Source: Yuukianura sp. NJ FZ-2021
Lineage: Eukaryota
Direction: 5' to 3'
Length of the DNA: 64,000 nt
Assembly (NCBI GenBank): GCA_046563655.1
Contig: CM102289.1
Span: forward strand, 6,200,001 to 6,264,000
Position 1 is the stretch's first letter; each line of letters opens with the position of its first letter. Under the pieces are notes generated by a model. The model saw nothing but the letters and a program-made list of their open reading frames with translations, ran no database searches and was not told the origin of the DNA. Shown piece by piece: positions 11,384 to 22,600 of the stretch. Made by a program: the position numbers and the translations under genes.

Positions 11384-11624
11384 ACCAAACCTAAGCTATT
11401 TGCAGTAAAACGGTGGTATGTAGCTAAATTGTTCCAAATAATTTTGGAATATGTTTTGTTTATTTATCTTGGTATTATTTGTGGTACCTAATGTTTTGCA
11501 GCGTGATATGATGATACAGAAATTTTCAACATTAAAAGTGATCTCAATCGATAAGTCTTCCCATAAAACCTTAAGCAATTTCTAGAAAGTAAAGCAATTG
11601 TGAACTGTGCTTTATGAAATCAAT

Positions 11625-13020
11625 ATGGAAGTAGTAGATGCTAACAGACATGAGGAACGACAACGCTACATTTGGCTAAAGAATTCAAAAATCGTACTAA
11701 AATCTAGTTCGAAATTTTTGTTCCACATGTGGATTTCACCCTGCTATTGGGATCCTATCACCGACAGATTTGTTTTCTCCGAGTGTCTCTGGTGGAGATC
11801 TGTTGTTCTACGTGGAATCATAGTTCTTCAGGTGGGGGTAATTTTTTCAAATATTTTTAAATGTTTCCAACATTTTAAAAATTTTGGAACCCGTAATATT
11901 GGAATTTCACAACTCTGGGAGTTGGGAGTCGTCTGGTTCTACGCCTTTGTATTGGCCTATATTTGGCAAACTCTGCGCACGTTGGAGAAAGTAAAAATTC
12001 AATTCATTCTTATTGAACAACTCATCCGTTTGTACGAAACTTTTCAAGGTAAATACGAATCTCCTCAGGTAAAAATTTGATGAAAGACTTTTACTCTTTA
12101 TCAAAATGTTTCTCTTATTTTTACAGAAAAAATCAACAATTCAAAAGCTGCAAAAAAGGCTGACAAAGAAATTGACAAGTCATTTAGCATTTTCCTGTCC
12201 ATCATGTTCATACTGCTGTCCATGTGTATATTGCAGACCTTGCCAGTGTACATTTCGCAATGTCCATTCAACGCACTGGTAAGCTTACTACCGGTTTGCC
12301 TGGATGATGGAACACACTACTCTGTACCAATGACGCCTTTGTATTCCGCCGTCTATATTTACCTGTTCACATACAGCATTGTTGTCCTCATTCCTGCGGT
12401 CATAAATGCATATCTTCTACACTTCACCATTCAGTACATCGTAACTCAAATGGAGAAATGGATTAACTTCCAATCGTACGCAGTTCAACCATTTAAAAAA
12501 AATGAAAAATCGATAATCTAAAACTTAATTAAACTAGTTTAGGAAACGTATGGCGGGAGAAAAGAAGTTTGGTGGAGCGGACTTCAAACGAATGAACGTC
12601 TGGGACAGGCACTACAAGACGCTAGAAGTTGTTGCAAAAATGGATAACTATGTTTATGCAGACGCTATTCCTCTCTTCAAGGAATCTTGCATTGCCATCA
12701 CCGTAATGGTACTGCTTGCCATGAAGCTTGATTTGACCCTCGCATTCAAAGTTGCTGCAGGCTTGACTCTCCTAGGAGTTTATGGCGTTGTAGTTCCAGC
12801 TATATGCTACCTATTGGACTCTGTAATGCAGCTAAAAGAATTAAATGATCAGAGGAGGCGCATACGCAATTCGAAAATTCACGACGCAGCGAGCAAGGCT
12901 CTACGCGGAATTCAGATGAACTACGGGTCATTTGGATATATTTCATTTGAAATACTCCACAACTCGTTCAACTCAATTGGAGGCTACTTCACAACTGCAC
13001 TACTAATTCTCAAACCATAA
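11625..13020 (+). CDS. Divergent 7TM chemoreceptor-like protein (insect GR/OR superfamily-like), ~416 aa
   Basis: Exons 11625-12048, 12127-12475, 12543-13020 join in frame (phase-1 then phase-2 introns). Multiple hydrophobic helices, no signal peptide. C-terminal LRGIQMNYGSFGYISFEILHNSFNSIGGYFTTALL resembles TM7 of this superfamily. Family assignment is inferred. Confidence 0.68.
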
Positions 13021-13664
13021 AAATAGTTAAATAAAAATTATGTTCAGGCATTAGCATAATTTAAAGTATGGCTAAGGTACTGTCCTCATGTAAAAGTTAG
13101 CATTCTTGCAAGGCTTACATCTACTTTCGAAAATATGATTGAAAAGATATGTTTATGATTTATTAAGTGTTTAAATTATTATATAAAAAAAACTACGTGT
13201 ACATACATTATACAACAAATTTATCTTAAGTTCCACAACATAGACTAAAAGCAAGAAAAATTGATTTCATTTCTAATTTTAGGAGCAAACAGTAGATTAT
13301 AAAGTAGCAAGTTTTACCGCTTTTTGTTCAAAAGTAAATTTCGTCTAGTGACAACGTCGTAATGGGAACTGTGATTTCCGAAAGTAACATTTACATTTTA
13401 ATGTTAAGGTATAAACTAATTCATTCAGCTTACCCTAACATTTTCCTACTTATTGATAAATGTGGTTTTAAGTCATCAAAGCCCTAAATTAAACATATCA
13501 CAAAGGCAGTGAAGAAAACGTTTCAGTCTTGGAAGAGATTTTGTCTCTTTTGACTTCCAGCGACATCTGTTGTGGCCTGACTTGATTGCTCGACTGTGCT
13601 CTTGTAAGAAAAAAAGTATCCTAAAAATCTTAAAACGATTTCGAATTTTTAAAGGCGCAATAAT

Positions 13665-16600
13665 TTAAAGTTGAAGGGAACTGTCGTTTCTAGGGGGTGA
13701 AAAGTTTGCGTTTCTTCTTGTGAGGAACGAATGAATTTCCCAGAACGTCGGACGCTCGACGTCGTCGCGTCTCCATGTGTCGCACATCAGCTGGTGAATG
13801 TCACGGGAGCAACCAGGGGGTTTTGATAGACCTTCGTAGTTGATTCGTTCGTCAGAAACGGAGAGTTTGCGTAGATTGTGCAGCACTTCGGAGTTACTCA
13901 TCGTCGGATAAGGGGAATGCCGACAAAATGATAGGATTTCCCACAAAGTCACACCAAAAGACCAAACATCACTTTTTGTAGAATATTTGCCCTGAAACAG
14001 TAGTTTTTTTTAATTGAAAAACATTTTTCAAAATACTTACAAACTTTTTATGAAAATCTTACAAGAAAGAGACTCTCCCAAGCCATCCAACGAATTGGTA
14101 GTGGAATTTTGCCGTCAAGTCGAAAGTAATCGGCTGAATAGAGGTCCGTATCCGTTGCAAAATGTGATACCTTGACTACCAAACCTTGTCCAACGATACA
14201 ATTCCTAAAAAAATAGTACAAAAATCAAAGAATTTGTTTTAACATTTTCAATGAAAACGAAGGTGTACCTTGTAGCGAGGTCACGATGAACAATGTTTCT
14301 ACTTTCCAGGAATTTCATTCCACTGGAAATTTGAATTGCGAGGTAAAGTAAAGTTCCGATGTCAAGGCGTTGTGGGGCATTTGGTAGCAGGGAATCGTTT
14401 TGTCTTAAAAATTGACACAGATCACCAAGTTCCAGAAATTCTAGAAGAACGCAAAACGGTTCCTCTTCGGTACAGGCGCCAAGAACTTGAGCTACATTTG
14501 CATCCTCAAGTGAAGCCAACAAACGAACTTCTTCCAAGAAATCAGATCTGGAACAATATTTAACAATTTAACACTGCAACTTTTAATTCTGAAGCATTAT
14601 TTACACTTTTTCACTCAAAAGTACACTTACTTATCCTTGTCACTGGAATTTTTCAGTAAGTGTTTCACTGCAACAAGAGTGCTTTCATCTCCTCTTCCCG
14701 ACTCCAGTTCTCCAATGAATACCTAATAACACAGAAATCCAAAAGTTTTGTCAAAAGTTTAAAAAATTGCCTTTTTTGGAAGAATTTTTACAAAATTTAA
14801 TTTTCAAAATTTTCTTACAGTGCCGAAAGCTCCATCTCCAAGCTTCCTCAACATGCGGAGTTGGTGTTTTGGAATTTCCGGAATTCCGAGTTGTCGTAGG
14901 CCCAGTTGTGCCGCGAGCATGCGTCCTGGAGCCGGTGAATTTGGAACGCGTTTCAGCGGACTCAGAGTTTGCGGTAGAAGTTTCCCAAGTTCGTTTGGTA
15001 CAGCATACTCGTACTCGTTGGAAGAATCTGAGATCGAAACCAAACTGAGTTTAGATATAAGGGAGAAAGTAGGTTTGGGGTCAATTTGGAAAAGTTTCCT
15101 TTCCCATGTCACTCTCACTTCTCACCTTCCATTAATCTTAACTTAAAAAGAAAATGGCGGGAAATACGGAGTTTTCACCATTTCGAGGGGTGAACACGGA
15201 AAGGTGATCTTCCGTGAAAGTCATTTCATTTTCCTACTTTCTAAAATGACTCCACCTCACGCTAAATCCCAATCAATCACTTTCACCTCACGTAATGCCC
15301 AGCTATGCGCTTCAACTAAATCAAAGTTGGGCACCCAACACCCTCGACTATGTTTCTAGACTAACAAAAACCTCACTAGCTAAGTTATAACCTAACAAAA
15401 CGAATACACGCGCTCTCGCTTAAACCATTGACGGGTAACTCGATACTTATCAAACCTTCCCGCTGGCCTCTGCTCCTAATCACCTGTGTGTTCTAGAAAA
15501 TCCTACCAAAAAAGAAACTTTATTCTTCTGAACCATAAAATTTACAGCGTTGCCCCTTGCCTGAATTGGCTCAAATGTGCTTTTCCGCAACTAAAGAGTA
15601 TGCATGCACTGGGGTTAGGGAAATAACTAAAGTCGGTGATAAAACAAAGGGAAAGTTCTGGATTTTACTTTCTCCGTTCCTTTGCATGTCACGCATAATC
15701 ATAAATTTAGGCTCTCCCTTCATCATCTAGAAACTAAATGAGGCATGAGCGGTTTTATAGACCAAAACAACTAAACCGGAAACCCCGGACTGTAAACACA
15801 CGAACGAATTCCGACTCTGAAAAAAAATCTGCGCGTGTCAACGTACTGATCGCGATGAAAGTGCCTCTGGGGCCGGAAAAGTGCTACACGGAATATCAAT
15901 TTTTGAAAGTTCTGCTTTTAAAAACATTTTTTTAAAATAATTCTTGACTGAAAATTTGTTTGCATTTCCAGGCTTTTGGTTCAGGCAGAATCATTGAATG
16001 CAAGTTATAAGAATAATGGAAGAGATTCGGGGCAAATTCGAAAATAGATTGCATAATCCTAATGTTTTTGCCGTCCGCGGTGCCAGAATTTCTAGCATTT
16101 CGTGATAGTCAAGGCTCACGGCTAGCAGGGGGTCATTTGAAACGGAAAGAAAAGTGAAAGCGGGGGTTATGAAACTTTGTTTGGTGCGTGCGTGGGAACG
16201 CGGGTAGCTGTTGATTCATTTCCAAATTCCCCGGGAAAGCAACGGTTATTGTCCAAGGGCAAGAAGAAAGACTCTTATTTCGCTTCCAGTTCCCCAGTTA
16301 CTACAACTTTCTACCTTTGCTTTTCCCTTGTTACTTTCTCTGGGAATGACGATGCGTGCAAAGAAATCATTAGACAAAATTGTCTCTTCCCGCCCTGCAA
16401 CTATTCCCTTGCCCTTCATATTCTTCTGCTTTCTTCCTCCAATTACTACCCGAAAACTCTGACAGTTATGTTTTGTCCAGGATGAACACAAAAGCTTGTA
16501 GTTCTTCCAAAATAAATTGTTTAGTAGCAAGAAAACACGGGTAGAAGAAAAACCTAGAAAAATAAGCCTACTAAACCTTGAGCTCAAAGGGTAGCATTAG

Positions 16601-19600
16601 CATTGTTACCCTAATGTAATTCAGATCAATAATCATGTGACAACATTCAAAAAATTACACAATCAATTTTATGAAAACACAACATATTACATGGCGATTT
16701 CAATTTTCGTGCTCCTTAGTTTGATGCTTTTATTTTTGAAATTGCCGCGTATCACACTGATATCATTTATACATTTCCCGCACTTTTCTTTCAAAATTTA
16801 GCGCTATTTGAAATCTAACGATCGTTTACGTGCTAGGGCACGTGCGGCAAAACTCAAAATTTGTTCAGTATTTTTAGAAAATGTTTTGGAATATTATCGA
16901 CTTTTAAAGGAATGCGTGCGATCTTTTAGAAGAGCGCGAATAGAATTTGAAAGTTTAGTTGAAAAAGAGTAATGATGGAAGAGTTCCATTTTGCATTCCC
17001 AATCAAGCGTGGGAATTTCAAATTGAAAAATGAGCAGGAATTATCGGGAGGGAGCAGCAACTTTACTACAAGACGCAGCAAGCAGTGGCAAGTACCGAAG
17101 AGGGTGAGAATCGCTTCTGGAATTTTAAAATTCCCGCGTTACTTTACTTTTCGAGTTTATTCGCGCCCGTACAACTTTGAACTTTGCCTAAAGGAGTGTT
17201 TAGGTCATGGAGAGTAAAAAAGAGACTAACAACGTTTATCCATCAAGTACTTGGAGGATAGGAGGAAACACTTGGAAGTTAGTCGAAGCAGAAATGGAAT
17301 TTTAGTAGTTTACTAATACGCCCGGTCGGGTGCGCACCCTGTGCACCACGTTGAAACTTTAGAAATTGAATTCCGTTCAAAAAGTTTTTCAGTATGCGAG
17401 ACCTTGCTTGGCTGATCGATTGTTTTCCTTTTTCAAGCATAGCAGAGTCGTTGACAAGGGCGTGGAAAAAGCTATCCAGATTCCAGACACTGAAGCTTAT
17501 TTGAACAAAACAGAATTTTTGAAGGAAGCATGACAAAAAATGGTACAAAATTGGAAATTTTTTGGAGAAAAGTTCAACAACCTGAACAATTTCATTTCCA
17601 TTCATATGCTCTTTTTTCGTTTTTGAAAAAATTTGAAAAATTGAAATGGAACAAGGTTACTAAAAGTATGAAAAAATGATTGAAAGCGAGCATCTGCTAC
17701 CTGTCTACTTTCTAAATGGAGTCCGCTGTACATCAGTCAAATGGAAAACAAGGTAACAAGCTTGAAAGAATTTCAATTTCACTTTGCTGGACCATACTTC
17801 ACAAAAGGCTCATTGAGGATATCCTCAACTCAAACCAGTTGAGGACTTCCTCCAAACAATTCGCCTCCCAATTTTCTCAATTTGGATTTCAAAAATCGAG
17901 AAGAAACTGGTAATAGAAATCGAGAGGAAAATTTTAATCCCCAGCGTTCGCATTTGGTTTGAAATTCCCGCTGTGTAAAAATTCAAAACAGAGTTCCGCT
18001 TTCACTAGCAAAAATAGTTTCAAAAATCATTTTTCATACCAGTTGCATTTGGTGGAGTCGATGTAGACACGAGTGAGGAACTGTAGTATTCCGCCATTTT
18101 TTCACCGCGTGGAGCGCTGCTTCCGACCGTTCCCGACTGATTTCCGGACGGGAAGCTCGTCAATTTCGGTTGACTCAAGGGAATAAACGGTTCTTGGTAT
18201 TCCGGTGCCGTGATTTTCCATTTCCCGGTAGGCGGTGGCGCCATATATCCGAATTCGGTTTGTTCACCATACGGTAGCGTTCCGGCGTTACTTCCTGGTC
18301 GTTTCTTCTGACGCTTGAGCCTGTTGCGCAGGAGCAGAGCCGACAGGAGCAGAAGTAAGACAAGCAAAATGGCTACAAAGGAACTTATAACGGCTGTCAT
18401 AATGATGGCTCCAGAGCTCCACTCACTTTCTGGCAAAAACGAAGTTCCTCCACCACTTCCCTTGCCTACAATCCACAAAAATGTGGCATGTTTAGAAATT
18501 CCTGGATCGTAAATGTCTACTTGGTAGTAAACAGGAACTTGAAAAAGGCGCGTAAATCTTGGCTTGTTCAAAAAAATTGGAAAGAATTTTTTCCCGCTTA
18601 TTTTTTTACCAGATGATAGTGGAGGAACTCCTATTTGAAATCCATCAGAAGCATCCCGCTGCACCATAACTCCATTTTCTTCTTCCTGTTGATGCCCAGC
18701 TATGGAGGGGGTTGTGAGACTTTCGTCGGGGAAATTTCCAATAGCGGGTTCTACAAACCAGAAACGCGTAAGAAAGCCATGTAATTAATCACTTTCTCCA
18801 GCAAAACCACGGTGTCACATTTGATACGTGTAGTTTTCAACTTGAGTGAGTGTATTTTTTTTTACACATGAGTGTATGTAATCTTACGAGAGTCAAATGT
18901 GACTTCACTGATGAGAATCCACTTGGCAGCCCAGTACAATTGGATTTTGACAAATCGACCTAGACGATGGTGCAGTTTGATTGTAATATTTTTGGGATCC
19001 TCAAATATACAGTCCTCCATTGGAAAGTAAGGGGTGGGTTCACCAGGATAAATTTTCCCGCCAACACTCAACGAAACCCTGGCTTCCTGGAAGACCTAAA
19101 GAACGTGCCAAAAAGAAATAAATCAAATTCGTGTGAACATCCCTGCTCTCAGTAGTTCCAAAATCTAGTGAAATCTTGGATGGAGAAAGTACTTCTACGA
19201 CATGACAACTACGAAAGTTTAAAAAAGTCTCCTAAAAATTGCAGCATTGCATAAAACTTTTCCTGGAAACGAAAAAAAAGCCAGCTTGGCTTCTTTTTCG
19301 TCTTTAAAAAGGCGCTAATTTGAATAAATCAGAGAACTTCAAGCCCCTGAGGCGCGCCAAAAAAGTGCTTTCGAAATCATTAGGGACGCTTTTTAATTTG
19401 GACAAAAAGAAAGTTGGCTCTCCATGGTGCGTAGAGCGTTAAAGTTTCAAAATTGCGGAATTTCTGAAAACTCGCGCTTCTACTTTAGCTAATAACGGGA
19501 ACGCGGAAGAGTGTTCGCCCGAGGTGGCTCTTGCCTATGGTGGATCATAAATAAAGAATGATCTGAGAAGAGTGCCACCTGAGCCCCACCATACCATCCT

Positions 19601-22600
19601 TAGCCCCGCCATTTCCCGCCCCACTCTGCCCCACCCCTTCTCATCACTCCAAACCTTAACGAGGAATAAATTGGCAACAGACAACACATCACAACGTTTC
19701 TCACGCCTTAATGCTCAGACGAGGGTGACTGGGCTGACTAACGAGGGAATTTTTTAATGACGTCCTTCTGCGGACAAGAGGGCGGGTACACTAAAAATTG
19801 GGAGGGAAATTTAAAATTTAAAAAAAATTCTGAAATTTACCTCCAGTTTATGTTACGTTTGGTCAGAATCAGTGGGAGGTACAAAAGTTTAGAATTTCAT
19901 GATGCAAAATTATAGGTGATGTGACAGTGATGACCCAGTGTCATTCCTAAAGTAAACAAGTTGTCATATGGGCAACCTGAGAGTAGTGGATTCTACGCAT
20001 GCTAATTGGGAATGTCCAACCACTTAATGCTAAGGGTGCCTCATCTGCGCAGACAACTTTTAATTGTTTTTGACACTTTTACGACTACAGTCGTAAAAGT
20101 CTTCCCAAAAGTCTCATCGTCCGGAGAAAGGAAGAAATCGTAAATTTCCATTAATAACGACTGGAGCAGAATGAGGAAAATGTTTAAGGACTGGGCGGTA
20201 TTTTCAAAAAGTTGGAAGTTTGAAAGGCGCCTAACATGAACCCACTTTTTCTGAACACGAAAACTTGTTCTTGTTCAAACAGTTTGAAAATTTCGGAGTT
20301 TTTGCACAAAAAAGGGTTCCTCTTAAAAGTCGGAATGCTCAGACGAGAAAATCAACTCATTCAATGGGAAGAAATGAAGATTTAATGGAGAATTCTGGTT
20401 TTATGGCAATTTCCTTGTCACAGCTCATTCCACACTAGTGGTAGTTAGCAGTGCTGGCAGCGTTCGAGTGTGCAATGGAAAGTCGTAGGCGTCCAAGCAC
20501 CACATTTTTGAAAACACTTTTCAGTTTGCTTTCAAAATTCAAATTTTGGCGCGTTTCCACCCCTTGCCGAGCGTAACTTTTTTAATTAACTTGTTCCCAT
20601 TTCCTTGATCAGTTCGGCTAAAGGAATCCCTGCAGAGTGAAACGAAATGAGTCAATAAAACGAAAGACTTCGAAATTGACTCATCAAATTCCTAGATTTG
20701 TGAAAGTAACTGCGATTGGATGGCGGCAAATTCGTAAAATTAAAACCAACCTACGCGCGCTTGGGTTCAAATTAATTTTAGTATTTCATCACACCCCACC
20801 CCACAAAAGCTTTGTGACATCGTACCTGAACGTCTTTCGTAAATTGGTTGCTCGTGTGGATGTGAATGGCATTGAATTCTCGCACAGTTTCGAATTTGAA
20901 AATGATTTCGATTGGTGCTCCACTGGATCTCGAATCGTTTTTCCATCCAACCCAACCTTTGCCTGTGAGAATTTTGTTTTTCAAAACGTAAAATTTAAAA
21001 TCATAAAATTTTTGAAAAGAAAACTATAAAATTTTGAATAATAAAATTACAGTGAAATGATTTGAAAGAACTAATGGACAAGAAAGCTTTCACAGAGTGA
21101 GTGCTAAGAAGGATTTTTGATTTGAGAGAATCAATGATGCGCGTTTTAATGCCTTCAGACATTTATGTTCTCTTTTAGAGTTTAGGCACTTAAATTCAAA
21201 CTGTGAATCGTCTTTTCTCACTTTGCCTCTGGAAATGAAAATGCGCGCCAAACTTTTTTTCTTCTCAAATTTTATGACACTGCTGGGCACTGGCCTGGAA
21301 CCTGAGAAAAGTAAACTTGGTAACCCGAACTTACTCTTTTGGTGCTGGAAAAGATGATGGGAAAAGAACGAAAACGGAGATAAGTGAAAGTGCAAACAAA
21401 ATTTTCTACTCGAAACCACTTTTGGCACTTGGCACTTTTTGAATTGAACCGCCAAAGAGCAGCAGGGAGGGAGGAGGGGGATTAAGTTGGAGTGTGTTTG
21501 GTAGTAAGCTTTTAAGGTGGGAGCGGGAAGAAGGATAAAGATCCAAATTCAATTTTTGAATTTTAAAGTCTTACCGCGTTCGTGACCATAAAAATCGTCT
21601 TTGAAGTTGTCTGGTCCCCCTTTTCCGTCGACGAGTTGCCCGAGGCCATTTTTGAGTAAGCCCCCCTCCCACATTCCGTCATAGGTTTGGTCGTAGAAGT
21701 TCCAGGACTCACCGCGCTTGCTCCCTTGTGGCATTTGGTAACTCACGAGCCCGCCTAAGTTTAAATCACATGACCAAATGCAAACTTAAATCCGACTTAA
21801 GTTAGAAACTGATTAAAATTGGCGGGAAAAAAGTGTGTCTGATGGAATACGTATGGCAGAGTCCCCCTCCCCTGAAAGCGGTGGTCTGCGTGTCTCTACT
21901 ACAAAATGAAGCGATGCCCATCTCTGCCTTTGTGGTTGTTTGACCAAGGTGGAAGTGAAAGTGATGGGCGGGTTAATTCAATTCGGGTTGTTATTTCTAC
22001 CGAGGGAAAATGGTGGGACATGTTTCGACTTCCGACGTCCCTCCAGAGGCCCTTAAGTGGGGACATACGACAACGTCTGAGAAAACGACAGACAAAGTAG
22101 AGTTGGGCATCCAGGTTTAGGTTAGGGTAGGCAACGGTAATGGGCAAATGGAGAAATGGGACTTTGGACTTGGGAAAACGCTTTCTCTTCATTTTCTCCC
22201 ACTTCGCCTGTCAGCCTCATTGTCGAAGGGCGGGAGACAGACACTTTGTCTTAATTCGGATTAGGTGGACGAAATGGGTGGGGGGAGGTGGGTTGAGAGG
22301 GGGGTTGGTTATAGTATACTACATGTTAGTAGCGTTTTTGGGTGGGTATGGGATGGCAGAGAGGTGCTAAATTTCCTGGAAGCCACCCTACTTTCACTCT
22401 ACTTTCTCCATCTCCATTACCATAATAAATAATTGCTCCTTCCACTTTGAAAGGCGCCAAAATTCAACTTCCCAAATGAGACTTGTTAGGAACTGAATTA
22501 GCACTTGGGAGTTCCAAAGAAAACAATTTGGCAACATTGTAACGTCCATAACTCAAACTAAATTGAAATCAGCGCCATTTCTTATTATTTTTTGACTTTC

